Part shown: piece by piece, positions 15,287-29,531 of the stretch | Position numbering within the stretch: position 1 is the first letter of the stretch | How the letters are laid out: each line of letters begins with the position of its first letter | Assembly: GCA_951406725.2 (NCBI GenBank) | Contig: OX597828.1 | Coordinates: 23,684,001 to 23,748,000, forward strand | Direction of reading: 5' to 3' | Source of the DNA: Octopus vulgaris | Lineage: Eukaryota | Length of the DNA: 64,000 nt | The notes under the pieces: generated by a model | What the model saw: only the letters and a program-made list of their open reading frames with translations | Told to the model about the DNA's origin: nothing | The model's database searches: none | Made by a program: the position numbers and the translations under genes

Positions 15287-15901
15287 CAAGGTCTGATCAA
15301 TAAGTATCAATAAGAGGCCTGCGCAAAGTTGCGGAAAGTGTATGGAGAGGAGCGTATGAGCTGCACACAAGTGTACAAGGGCATCAGACATTTCCAAGAT
15401 GGCCAAAATGTGTCGATATTGGCAAACATACTGGGAGATCCGTAACCAGCAAAACTGAGAAAAACATAGTGAGGGGAAATCGTCGAATCACCATCCGTGA
15501 GTTACCAGAAGATGTGTAGATTAGTTACGATTCGGTTCAGTCCATTATCACTGAATATTTGGGTATTAGAGCCATGTCTGTCAAATTTATGCCAAAACTA
15601 CTTTCAGCTGACCAAAAGGACACACGGTTTTTAGTTGCACAAGATCTCCTTGAACGATGAAAACTTTTTGAAATCTTTGCGTAGGCCACTGATCAGGCAT
15701 CGCCAAGCTTTTGGGAAAATTTGATGCAGCTTCTCAGCTCAACTTTCTCTGTCATATTACTGCTCAGACCACGTATACATAGCAGGTATTTATTGACATA
15801 TCAAGAAAATTACGGAACTTCGAATTATTACATTCTGAAAATGAAACACATCCACTGGCTTTATGTATTGCGAGTCTATTTTATCAAGTTTGGACGGTCC
15901 C
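15287..15901 (+). mobile_element. Internally deleted mariner relic
   Basis: TA-caaggtctgatcaataagt start; remnants of NRRITIREL.EDV.ISY.SVQSIITEYLG and KFMPKLLSADQK (HTH/linker). Confidence 0.7.
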
Positions 15902-15943
15902 TATATATTTTCGTACAGAGAACACACACATCAGCTTATATAG

Positions 15944-16003
<60 letters not shown>

Positions 16004-16083
16004 GACAGATAGATACAAATACACTCACACTGACACGCACCACATAAACTCAGAGACACACGTATATGTTTGTGTGTGTATAC

Positions 16084-16114
<31 letters not shown>

Positions 16115-16485
16115 AGCCAGGGAGAAAGGATATATATATATGTCTTTTTTCTCAAATACATTCCAAGTAGCTTTATGTTTTTTCGGTGACAAATAAAACA
16201 AAATGTGTTCTCTGTTTCTCATTTTGCCGCCTGTCTACAATAACTCTATACTTTGTATATCAATAAACAACATGTGATATGATAGAAGTATTGGAGTTCT
16301 GCAAGAACTTGGGAAAATGTTTATTCCATTTTAAATAAACATTCCAGTGAAACAAGTATTTTTCGAGAAAGACTTCTTGGACAATTTCCAATGTTTATCG
16401 CCAGTTTCATACTCGACACTTTTTTCAAAGAAGTCATGCCAAATTTGCTATTACTAATGTAGAGAGATGAAATATATATACATGC

Positions 16486-16586
<101 letters not shown>

Positions 16587-16687
16587 TGTATGTATTCACA
16601 TATACACGTCCTTGTATATGTATCAGGTGTTCATTTAGTTTGATTGGTTTTGTTTAGTGGTTGTTGATCTTTTGGGGATATATTTTA

Positions 16688-16742
<55 letters not shown>

Positions 16743-16962
16743 ACATGCATGTATGTACGGGTGTTTGACTGCATGTATGTATATATATTTATATAATAGT
16801 AAACATGTAAGTTTGCGTGTATGAGTGCAAATGTCTGTGTGTGTATGTAAGTCTGCAATACATACGCACACACACACACATCGATATATATATATATGTA
16901 TATATATATATGGAGAGCGAGAGAGAGAGAGACAAAGAGAGTGACATATATATCTCTTACTC

Positions 16963-17003
<41 letters not shown>

Positions 17004-17589
17004 GCGTTTGTGTGTGTGTGTGTGCATGTATATATGCTTGTATGCATGATTTGTTTTGTAATACGTATATCTGTGAGTGTGTTTGTGTTTATGGGACAGA
17101 CTTAAAACTTATGGGCCGTTGATTCCTTTTATACTTTTCAAAGTCACACACACAAACAGAAACACACACACACACAAACTACAAGTGTTTGCGTGTGCGT
17201 GTTACTTTCTTTGTATATGTATAAATGGGCATGTGTGACTGTTTTTATGGTGTGTGTGTGTGTGTGTGTCTGTATATATGTTTGTGTACGTGCGTGCGTG
17301 TATGCATGTATGTAAGTTTTCAACTATTTCCTTTTTCCAAGTTAATTTATTAAGGATTATTAGCAAATATATATATATATATCGCAATGTTTGCAGTCAC
17401 TTTGACAGATACAAATGTATGAGGCAGGCGGTGAATGAGAGAATGATAGATAGATATATAGGGAGAGAGCGAGAGGGAGAGAGAGAGATGGAGAGAGAGA
17501 GAGGGAGAGAGAGAGAGAGAGAGAAACAGACGGACAGACAGACAGCGGTAAAGACGGAACTTTAGCGATATCGAGTGTGAGTGGGCAGA

Positions 17590-17640
17590 GAGAGAAATGG
17601 AGGGCGGGCGTGGTTTTTGAGTGGCGAGGAAATCAGAGAC
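17590..17640 (+). promoter_or_regulatory. Candidate promoter GC-box upstream of the putative first exon
   Basis: GGAGGGCGGGCGTGG (Sp/KLF-like) in unique sequence about 280 bp upstream of ATG 17885. Confidence 0.3.
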
Positions 17641-17884
17641 GTTTACAGCGCAAACATTCAATTTGTGAAGTTGTATGTAAGATTTGCTTTGCAAAACGTA
17701 ATTTGTTTGGGTTGAGAGCTTTCACTATTCATTAAGACTTTCATTCCGCATTTATGTAAAGCTGATAGCATCCATTAAGAACTGGTTGCCCTGACGACCG
17801 TAATATTAAAGGACAATGTAACTAATGGCTGTTAGTTGATCCAGCAGAGATCCAACACATCAAAGAAAGATTACTATTCTAAGA

Positions 17885-17966
17885 ATGACAATATGTCGGT
17901 TGACAGGACAATTTGATCTGGATTTTGGTGACTACAACTGCAGAGATTATATAGTTGTTGGGGAAG
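17885..17966 (+). CDS. Candidate upstream exon of the collagen-domain gene (MTICRLTGQFDLDFGDYNCRDYIVVGE/G); either an ATG-containing first exon or a 60-nt internal exon from 17907
   Basis: Non-repetitive sequence ending in a strong donor GAAG/GTGAGG in phase 1; splices in frame to give ...IVVGEGSQGPRGEPG. The acceptor gacAG at 17905-17906 has a weak pyrimidine tract. Confidence 0.4.
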
Positions 17967-18204
17967 GTGAGGCATATTTCAAAGCAGGTTCGTTACGCTT
18001 CACTGCATCGCTGCAGCACTGTATCGACGCTTCACTGCGTTTCTGCATTGTTGCATCAGTGCTTTGCAAGGGTCAGCTCGCTAGATGTCCGATTACATAA
18101 AGCGATGGACTCTATATCCTATCCATTGTCACGGCTCTTTTACTCTTAAGGGCAGAGAACGCATAGTAATATAACTCTCTCATTCTCTCTATCTTTCTCT
18201 CTCT

Positions 18205-18278
<74 letters not shown>

Positions 18279-18340
18279 TTAACTATCTATGTATCATGTA
18301 TGTATGTATATATATATATATACGTAACTATCTATGTATC

Positions 18341-18395
<55 letters not shown>

Positions 18396-18442
18396 TGTCC
18401 CAGCATGGCCGCGGCCTTCGGGCTAAAACATTTTAAAGGATT

Positions 18443-18527
<85 letters not shown>

Positions 18528-18566
18528 TATGTATGTATGTATCTATCATGTATATGTATGTATGTA

Positions 18567-18615
<49 letters not shown>

Positions 18616-18839
18616 GAATAAATAAGGACAACACAAACCTCCTTTGGGTGTGGGGGCAGTGTGAGGTGGAATACATCACCATCTATCTTTGACATAAAAA
18701 AATAGATATTTCACAAGAAGAGCAAAGTTGATTAAATCGATAACCAAAAAGCACGCCTGTGCTACTTATTTTATTGTATGGCATACACAAACATGAACAA
18801 GCATAAATATAGTTTCAAATACCATTCACCGCGTTGTGC

Positions 18840-19200
18840 TTTCGATTATGGCGGTGGGGGCGGTTTCAAAGTAGTGGTACAGAGTAGCCCTAGAACATAA
18901 GTAATTGATTAGGTTTATTGCAGGCAGGAATTATCCATCTCGCTATTCTATTGCTCATGATATATCAAGAATCGGCCAATTTGAGGACCACACCACGCAT
19001 TCAAACCTTTATGCTGACACGCATTAAGCACAGGTTAAGCGTGTGAACACTTGCTCACTTTATTCTCATGAGGACCCGCGATGTTGTCTGCAGTGAACAA
19101 ATGTTGGATCTTTGTTACTGGGCGCGTTACAGTTGTCTTTGTTGCGTAATTAATTAAGGAAATAATTAAAGGAATCACTCTCGCGAGATTTGAGCTGAAG
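18840..19200. promoter_or_regulatory. Candidate cis-regulatory cluster
   Basis: GGGGGCGG at about 18856, TAATTGATTA, TTGCGTAAT (19142-19150), TAATTAATTAA and the palindrome TCTCGCGAGA (19179-19188), all in repeat-free DNA. Confidence 0.35.
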
Positions 19201-20165
19201 GCTCATAAACAATGATCAAAAGCTGTCTCGTTCGGAGAATCTACTGTTTCTTGCTAACCACAGCAAATTTTTGTATCAGAACTTTATGGATTAAACGGTG
19301 TTGGGTTATTACAGTCTAGGGTGGCGAACTGACAACATCCGTTTTCTCACCGGACAAAATCCGCATTTCATCCGATTTTAAATTCTGTGTTCAAATTTCA
19401 CTGAGGTCTATTTTGTCTTTCATCTTTTTGGGGTCGATAAAATAAGTACCACATTCACCAGATTTCAGTATATGTGCCTGTAGTAGAAAGAATCGTTTGA
19501 TAAGCGAACTAAATACCTTTCAGATTTTAGTTAGGTGTCGATCAGAGTTCAAACCTTGCCGAAGTCAAGAATAGTGTTTTTATTCCCCCAGGGACAAAAG
19601 GAAGAGTATAGCAGCTATGTGATGGGACCGATTTAATCTTTTAACACGCTCACTAATCTTGTGCCTTTCCTACAAATAACTTTTATTAGGGAGCAGTGGA
19701 TTAAAAGATTTGATAAAAATGAACCTTGATGCAATATTTATTTACAGCCATTCATAGAAACATTAATTTGACATTCTCCTATCTTTCCGCAGTTAGTAAA
19801 ATTAAGTATTTATCAAAATCTGGGCTCAATTGAAGCTAATTTACAACACATGCTTGCAAAAGAAAAAAATTGGGCCTTTATCGAAATATACAAAGACTTA
19901 ACATGATACAAGATCGGTTTAAATTGATCTTGGACTTCCGGTTAGGTTGCCAAACAAATATCCACGAAGGAAGCTTCAAAGTTCCAAAGTTTCACGTCAA
20001 TCTTCATTTCTCTGCACAGGAATATTGGTTCTATAGAATGTCAAGATTTGATTGAAGAATTAATTTCTTTAAAACACAACATACACCCACACCTAAACAC
20101 AAAAGAAAAATCTGACTTCTGCTATGCAACCTAATTAACAAACGAATGTGCGTCCCTCCTTCTCC

Positions 20166-20288
<123 letters not shown>

Positions 20289-20497
20289 CATACATACATA
20301 TATACATATATATATATATACAAACACACAGGCACACACATACATATATACACACACACATATATATAGGTCTATATATATGTATAAGTATATGTATATA
20401 TACACACGTATATACATATATATATGTGTATGTGTGTATGTATGTGTGTGTGTGGTGCATATATATGTACACACACAAACATACGTGAATATTTATG

Positions 20498-20551
<54 letters not shown>

Positions 20552-20559
20552 GTGTGTGT

Positions 20560-20598
<39 letters not shown>

Positions 20599-20727
20599 TG
20601 TGTGTGTGTGTGTGTGCATATATGTCTGGATATATCGTGGGATTTGGACGTAAGACTCCGTGTGGATGTATAGGATAGCAAATGTATACAAGCACTCGTA
20701 CGTATTCATGAACCTAACGCACGCACG

Positions 20728-20760
<33 letters not shown>

Positions 20761-21201
20761 GCGCATTTATTTGTATCTACGTATGTATACTTTTGTATAT
20801 GTTACACTTTTTTTTCTTCTTAATTTTTGTTTTATCTTCTATGATCTGTCAGAAAAATGTTTAAATAAGATTGATGCATCGTTTTATTTAACTAACACAG
20901 AAAACTACAAAAGAATGGAAGTCGAAAAGGGAAACAAAAAAAAAAAAATTGATTGAAATCTTGACTACCAACATCACATATATACGTACATGTACGCAAG
21001 AGGAATGCGCACAAACTGGCAGATGCACGCACACGTAGGTGAACACGTAGATAATACAACGCGTGTACGCACAAACACGCACAAACAGACATCTATATAC
21101 ATACAAAGATACGTATGTTTGTATGTGTGGATGCATATACGTTTGTTTGTACGTATGTATGTATGTATGTATGTATGTATGTATGTATGTATGTATGTAT
21201 G

Positions 21202-21248
<47 letters not shown>

Positions 21249-21320
21249 GCGCTCCTACCTAGTAAACGTGTTTACGCATACACAAAGGAGTTATTTATAT
21301 ATATATAAATATAAATAGAC

Positions 21321-21371
<51 letters not shown>

Positions 21372-21412
21372 TGAATTTTCCATGCTGACGATTAACAGGA
21401 TAATTTATTCAC

Positions 21413-21495
<83 letters not shown>

Positions 21496-21574
21496 ATATA
21501 TACCTTATATATACTGTATATACCTTATATATATATATATGTATGTATGTATGTATAAAGTATATATATATATA

Positions 21575-21987
21575 GTCGCAGAAGTGGCTGTGTGGTAAGT
21601 AGCTTGTTTACCAACCACATGGTTCCGGGTTCAGTCCCACTGCGTGGCACCTTGGGCAAGTGTCTCCTACTATAGCCTCGGGCCGACCAAAGCCTTGTGA
21701 GTGGATTTAGCCGACCAAAGCCTTGTGAGTGGAAGCTGAAAGAAGCCCGTCGTATATATGTATATATATATATGCGTGTGTGTGTTTGCGTGTCTGTATT
21801 TGTCCCCCTAGCATTGCTTGACCGATGCTGGTGTGTTTATGTCCCCGTTACTTAGCGGTTCGGCAAAAGAGACCGATACAATAAGTACTGGGCTTACAAA
21901 AGAATAAGTCCCGGGGTCGAGTTGCTCGATTAAAGGCGGTGCTCCAGCATGGCCGCAGTCAAATGACTGAAACAAGTAAAAGAGTAA
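21575..21987 (+). mobile_element. Full-length CORE-type SINE (OR2-like)
   Basis: tRNA head TGGCTGTGTGGTAAG...GGTTCAGTCCC, CORE-like ACCTTGGGCAAGTG, internal microsatellite, tail gactgaaacaagtaaaagag; internal 29-bp duplication at about 21682-21733. Confidence 0.88.
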
Positions 21988-22014
21988 TATATATGCGTAT
22001 ATAAGGTATATTTG

Positions 22015-22050
<36 letters not shown>

Positions 22051-22075
22051 GCATATATTTGTATATATATATATT

Positions 22076-22129
<54 letters not shown>

Positions 22130-22401
22130 TATGTATGTGGATATATGTATATACATGTCTATATACAAGTGTATATATTTATGTCATGTGTACTTATATA
22201 TGAATATATAGTGGAAGAGGGGGAAGGAGGTAGGGAGAGAGACGGAGGGCGGAAGAGAAGGGAGTGAGAGAAAGGTATGATCTTTAACGTGAGGGAGAAA
22301 GGAAAAGGCAGGGACTGTCATATCTTGAGTGTCACCAAATTGCGTACGAGTATATGTCTGCACGCCCGCGTGTGTTCCAGTAAGTGTGTATGTGTGTGTG
22401 T

Positions 22402-22475
<74 letters not shown>

Positions 22476-22609
22476 ATGTGTGTGTGTGTGTCTGTGTGTG
22501 CTTACGTCTTTGTACGTTCATGTCTCTGCGAGTATCATGTGACTTTGCCTTTTGGGAGCTAATTTCAGTGTTTTAATAAAGAGCAAATCCGTCCTCAAAA
22601 CCCTTCATC

Positions 22610-22774
22610 CACTAGCGTATCTGGGGGGTAGGATGGTGGTAGTGGGGACAGGAGTGGTCCGTCCCGAGCGGCCAGTCTTGGGTCTGCTGTAGGCATTAAA
22701 TCTTTTTCATGGGGCTCCGGCGGCGGCTAACAGAAAAGCCGCCACGAACGGCACATACTCTAACCACGCTACTG
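22610..22774. mobile_element. hAT-type MITE
   Basis: TIRs CACTAGCGT / ACGCTACTG and an 8-bp TSD ccttcatc / cattcatc. Confidence 0.7.
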
Positions 22775-22959
22775 CATTCATCGCAGCTCTACACATTTCT
22801 AAAATGCGATGCGACTCCCCTCAAGGCACAGCATAACTGCATTAGGTCTTATATTTGTGACGCAGTTATGGGTCTTTTTGCTGACGATGTATGGGTCTTT
22901 TTGCTGATGATTCGAACAGGTGGCACAGTGCACGTTTGTAGACGTGTTACATCTTTTAT

Positions 22960-23297
22960 TCTTCTGTTCTATTACCTGTCTGAATCACTTGACTGCGGGG
23001 GCCGTGCCGGGGCACTGCCATGAAGGGTTCTTTTAATCGAGAATATCAACCCCAGAACTTTTACTTTTAAGCCTAGTACTTATTTGATCTGTCTCTTATG
23101 CCGAACCGCAAGGTTGCAGGGATATAAGCATACCAACACCGGTTACCAATCGGTAATGGGGGGACAAATATAGGCACAAAAAACACACACATACACACAT
23201 AGATATATGCACGCATGCACACACACACACACACATATATACTACGTGTTTCTCTCAGTTTCCGTCCACCAAATCCACTCACAAGGCTTTGGTCGAC
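22960..23297 (-). mobile_element. CORE-type SINE, 5'-truncated
   Basis: Reverse complement of the body and tail of the 21575 copy. Confidence 0.75.
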
Positions 23298-23732
23298 TCT
23301 GTGGAGTGCTCAGCCACTTGCACGTTAATTTCACGAGCAGGCTGTGCCGTTGATTCGGATCAACCGGAAGCCTCATCGTCGTAACCGACGGAGTGCTTCC
23401 ATGTATGTATGTATGTATGTATGTATGTATGTATGTATGTATCTATCTATGTATGCATGTATGTATGTATGTATGTATGTATGTATGTATGTATGTTATT
23501 TTAGTATTATTTCAAAGATTTTTTACCAATAGAGAAAGAGCCGGCTACTAACATAGATCTAAGTCTCCTTCACTGTAATTTCACCAACATCAACAGGGTA
23601 TTATAGCATGTATCTGTGTATAAGACAGTGCATCGGATAGCAGTAAGGGTGTTGCACTCACAATCATTAAATCGTAGTCCAAATCCCTGGACCGTGTGGT
23701 ATGGTTCGTTGTTGAGCGAAAACACTTCGTAA

Positions 23733-24637
23733 GGCGGCGAGCTGGCAGAAACGTTAGTACGCCGGGCGAAATGCTTAGCGGTATTTCGTCTGCCGCTACG
23801 TTCTGAGTTCAAATTCCGCCGAGGTCGTTTGCCTTTCATCCTTTCGGGGTCGATTAAATAAATACCAGTTACGCACTGTGGTCGATATAATCGACTTAAT
23901 CCGTTTGTCTGTCCTTGTTTGTCCCCTCTGTGTTTAGCCCCTTGTGGGTAGTAAAGAAATAGGTATTTCGTCTGCCGCTACGTTCTGAGTTCAAATTCCG
24001 CCGAGGTCGACTTTGCCTTTCATCCTTTCGGGGTCGATATAATCGACTTAATCCGTTTGTCTGTCCTTGTTTGTTCCCTCTGTGTGTAGCCCCTTGTGGG
24101 CAGTAAATAAATAGGTATTTCGTCTGCCACTACGTTCTGAGTTCAAATTCCGCCGAGGTCGACTTTGCCTTTCATCCTTTCGGGGTCGATATAATCGACT
24201 TAATCCGTTTGTCTGTCCTTGTTTGTCCTCTCTGTGTGTAGCCCCTTGTGGGCAGTAAAGAAATATGTATTTCGTCTGCCACTACGTTCTGAGTTCAAAT
24301 TCCGCTGAGGTCGACTTTGCCTTTCCTCATTTCGGGGTCGATTAAATAAATACCAGTTACGCACTGAAGTCGATATAATCGACTTAATCCGTTTGTCTGT
24401 CCTTGTTTGTCCCCTCTGTGTGTAGCCCCTTGTGGGCAGTAAATAAATAGGTATTTCGTCTGCCACTACGTTCTGAGTTCAAATTCCGCCGAGGTCGACT
24501 TTGCCTTTCCTCCTTTCGGGGTCGATAAATTAAGTACCAGTTACGCACTGGGGTCGATGTAACTGACTTAATCCCTCTGCCTGTTCTTGTTTGTCCCCTC
24601 TGTGTTTAGCCCTCTGTGCGCAATAAAGAAATAAGAA
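23733..24637 (+). mobile_element. Head-to-tail pentamer of the Meta-domain SINE
   Basis: One full head, then four further units restarting at gtatttcgtctgcc (about 23961, 24113, 24266, 24449); units 2 and 3 share an internal deletion; possible TSD acttcgt. Confidence 0.9.
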
Positions 24638-24858
24638 AGTACTTCGTCTGACATTGATCTGCGATTACTTCGATGCTTGAGGTTTCATAGAGCGGGATCC
24701 TGTTCAGGCGACGTCGGTTTGATGGCGGGAGTGAGCTGATGTACAGCAGATATATTCGATCTCTGTAAACATTTACTCGCTGTAAAGAAATCATTTTGTC
24801 CAAGTCGTGCTGCAAATGGTTGCAGAACAGTGTTTTTCGACCTATGCCACGCTACCTC

Positions 24859-25042
24859 CATGTATGTATGTATGTATGTATGTATGTATGTATGTATGTA
24901 TGTATGTATGTATGTATGTATGTATGTATGTATGTATGTACGTATGTATGTGTATGTATGTGTGTTTATGAATGTATGTGTGTATGTATGTATATATGTG
25001 TGTATGTATGTATGCTTGTATGTATGTATGTATGTATGTATG

Positions 25043-25074
<32 letters not shown>

Positions 25075-25325
25075 TGTATGCATGTATGTATGTGTGCATG
25101 TATGTGTGTGTATGTATGTGTGTATGTATGTATGTATATATGTGTGTTTGTATGTATGCTTGTATGTATGTATGTATGTATGTATGTATGTATGTATGTA
25201 TGTATGTATGTATGTATGTATGTATGTATGTATGTATGTATGTATGTATACATGTGTGTATGTATGTGTGTATGTATGTATGTGTGCGTGTATGTATGTA
25301 TATATGTATGTATGTATGTATGCAT
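24859..25325 (+). repeat. (ATGT)n compound microsatellite
   Basis: Directly visible; source of the MYVC/HTYI pseudo-ORFs. Confidence 0.95.
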
Positions 25326-27090
25326 GTCATTGTTCAGGTTTGTGCGTGTGTGTATCTTTTATTTTTATTACTTGTTCCAGTGATTAGACTTCTAGACTTC
25401 GGCCAAACTGGGGGGACCACTTTAAAGAATTATAGTAGAAGAGGTCGACTCCCCCTATACTTAAGTTTTTAAACCTAGAGCTGGAAAAAGTAAAAAGGTT
25501 TTTTTAGTGGAATATTGCTACTGTTCCCTACAGTCCACAAACACTGCTTACGGGTTATGTACATGCAAATTAGGTTACATTGGTTCATACCAATAAACTT
25601 TGCTCAAAATATGTACAAACCGATTTATAATATTTCGATGGCTCCTCTTAGAGTTAGCTGAATTGCACATACACTCACATACATACATACATACATACAT
25701 ACATACATACATACATACATACATACATACATACATACATACATACATACATAAAGAGAACATTACATTGTTGGAAAGCATATATGAACTCAATCTTGGT
25801 TTGCTTGGCATCTTGCTTCAAGTTCCTGAAACTCACATGTACAACTTTATCGGTATATCTACACTCTCTAAGATGTTACTACTTGATTTGAGAACTTTAC
25901 ATTATTGGAAAACCTATATGAAATTAGCCGAAGATTACTTGACATATTATATTTGCTGTAATATTTGCAGCTTTAATAAATTGTTATAGTATGAAACAAT
26001 TGTACTAAATTACCGGATCCATTCTTGTTGCTTATTTTTTGGTTACATACATACATACATATACAAATACACACACATGTACATACAGCACACTCACAAA
26101 CACACACACATGTACATACAGCACACTCACAAACACACACACATACACACACGCACGTACATACACTCACAGGCACGTGCACACACACAAACCTACACAC
26201 GTACACGCATTCACACACACACACCTACACACGGACTAACACGTCTACAGAAAGATGCTGTCCTTCAATTCACATCCACTATTTTTTAGTGCTTTATTAT
26301 AGTAAGGGATTCTTTTCTGAAGTTTTGTGAACTTGATGGTAGGTTTCTTATTCGTCTACTTATTCCTCTGTTTAGCTTCGAATTAGTTCTTTTATCTCAT
26401 ACTTAGACAGCAGTTGTTTATATTAATGTGTGTGATGTTTCCATTACTTTTATTTGTATTTATACGTGTTTAAAGTGGAGATATTTTCCACTTAACTACA
26501 ATTTTAAATATCTTAGTTCGTAGAAATTTTAGGAGAACATTACATCGGTTCTACGACGCTTTCTGACGTCTATATAATGCCTATTGACTGAGCTGACACA
26601 CGCGTTGAAGACCCCACATATATTTCTGATACATGAAGTAAGAATTTTACGAGAATAGGCATATATTTAGGAATAATGGCATGCTTACATCCAAAGACGG
26701 CAACTAACATACTCTTGTTATATACAAGAACCAGGTTATCTATATAATTCTGAAAATGTTTATACGCAAGAATTTAGAAATCTTTACCCGAATACTAATT
26801 TGGTAATTACCTCTTAAAATTGACTGTACGATCAAAGCGGTAACCGATAAAATATATCTCTATATGGAAATACCAAAAGGTTCATACGTATATTAAACTC
26901 TTTTACTTGCTTATATAACCAACCACTTACCTTTCTAGAAACAATATGACTAAATCATTGTATTACTCATTCCTATTTATACGGACTAGTTTTCCTTCTA
27001 ACCACAGAACAGATTTTCTAGCTGGTGTCCCTGTCCTTTCATACAAATTTTCTATTAACATAAATTCTATTCATATTTTCCCTTTCGTTT

Positions 27091-27164
<74 letters not shown>

Positions 27165-27213
27165 CATCTATCTATCTATCTGTCTGTCTGTCTGTCTACC
27201 TGTTTGTCTTTTG

Positions 27214-27286
<73 letters not shown>

Positions 27287-27387
27287 ATATCTGTCTGTCT
27301 GTCTGTCTATCTGTCTGTCTGCCTGTCTGTCACCTCACCATCTGTCTGTCTATCTATCAATCTGTCTGTCTGTCTGTTTGTCTTCTG

Positions 27388-27451
<64 letters not shown>

Positions 27452-27541
27452 CCTATCTATCTATCTATCTATCTACATACATATATGGCGCGAAGGCTGT
27501 ACGTGTGTATGTGGGTTTGTATGTGTGTGTGTATGTGTGGG

Positions 27542-27582
<41 letters not shown>

Positions 27583-29034
27583 TGTGGTGAGTGTGTTTAT
27601 ATATTGGGCCTCAACTCCTTGATAAATATCGTTTCGCATTTTGAGAGAAATAATCAGACACAAAGCGAATGAGTCAAAGAAATGATTCTACAGCACTTAT
27701 AATCTATTTATCGAAAAGTGGAATTATAAGATGACCTGGTTGGAAATGGAACTCACAGTACAGAGTTTCAAAGCAATGGGCGCGAATTTATGCATCCGAT
27801 GCGCAAACGACGCTGCTAAATAGGGCACCACCGGTGTCTGTGTGTGTTTAGTAGATGAAACAGAACGTTATGTCGTAACTCGAATACCACATAAATGTTA
27901 TGTCGTAACTCGCAACACCTCCGACATCGCTGTCGATATCCACACACCGGCCTAACCAAATACATCAGTAATACTATGAAGAAATTACACTTGAAATAGA
28001 AGTATTAGGGACCCATTGTCTTTAGAAATAGACATTGCCAACTTGACGCGCTAGATCTTTCAAGGGAAATTACTGTGTATTTAGTGCAAGGGACGCAACT
28101 GTAGAGGTATTATAGCTTTAAACAACTATGAACTGTTTGCTTTATACGGACACTTTTGTCTATATAACAACATATACACTCACACACTGGCATACACACA
28201 CATACTTACATACGTACCCACACAAACATGCGCACATACAAGTACAAATAGCATGCTTCTATTATATAAAAGTACTGCTTTTTTGCAATGGATATTTTTT
28301 TATATTTAATAAGCCCAAACATAGTTTTGTGATTAAAATCTTTTTTTCCTCAGGTATATGAATAAGGTTTCAATTTCCCTCTGTGTCTTAGTATTGTGCC
28401 CTGCAAATTTTTGTGGGTACAATTATTTGTGAGTTCAATTTCATACATGGATACCGTAATATAGGTCGTTTGCAGGAAAATCTTTTTCTCTACTAACACA
28501 ATCCCAATATTCTGCTTAACAATTAACCTTGCTCAATTCTACATGTTGTCATTAAATTTCTGCCATCCATATTCTGGTTCTGCATGCTATAAAAAATTAT
28601 CGCAAAATCTTGATTTCTCACTTTGCAAAATGCTATTAAGCGATGTGTAATTAATTTCACAAAATATTTAGTGCATCCCTCTGCGCTTCTATCGTCCTGT
28701 CTTTAAATGAGTACGTACTTAGAATACGTAATTTGAGATCTTTTTGTGAAATGCAAATGTGTACGTATGTACGAGTTGTCATACCTGTTAGGATATAGAT
28801 ACTGACTGTGACACACTCGTACACACATGCGCGCGCACAGATATGCACATGCATACACACGCATATATATATATAAGTAATCTTTCGCAAGCACATACAT
28901 ACTTATATACATAGATACATACATACATACGTAAATACATACAACATGCATATATATATACGTATATGTATAAACATGTGTGTATGTATATATGTATACA
29001 CACACACGCATATGTATGTATGCATGAATGTATG

Positions 29035-29070
<36 letters not shown>

Positions 29071-29183
29071 TGTATGTATACGTATGTATGTATATGTATG
29101 TATGTATCCATCTATCTATTTATATACACACATACATACATAAATATACAAGTACACACACATACACAACACATATATATATG

Positions 29184-29255
<72 letters not shown>

Positions 29256-29504
29256 TATATTAATATGTTTGAATGGGTTAGCTTACAACTTACTTAATAT
29301 ACTTGATATACTTAATATACTTGCTCCTTACTTAATATACTTGAAACCGCCTTGTGATATCCCAAACCAATTTAAATTATGTTATCTTTCATCTAAAATA
29401 CTTCATTATTCATTCTTGCTTTCTACTCTTCACTACCAACGCAGAATCCTCTTTAATAACCGTTAATGTTATCGCTAATTCCATCTTTCTTTCTCTTTAA
29501 ACAG

Positions 29505-29531
29505 GCAGCCAAGGTCCCCGCGGAGAACCTG
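29505..29531 (+). CDS. 27-nt collagen (Gly-X-Y) microexon, (G)SQGPRGEP(G)
   Basis: Acceptor ctaattccatctttctttctctttaaacAG with branch-like CTAAT; exon GC AGC CAA GGT CCC CGC GGA GAA CCT G; donor GTAAGA. Phase 1-1 with a split Gly codon. Confidence 0.85.

Noticed and set aside
21575-21650. tRNA genes at A/B-box sequences (here and at 8306, 34440)
   Set aside because: They are SINE heads continuing into SINE bodies, not complete cloverleaf tRNAs.
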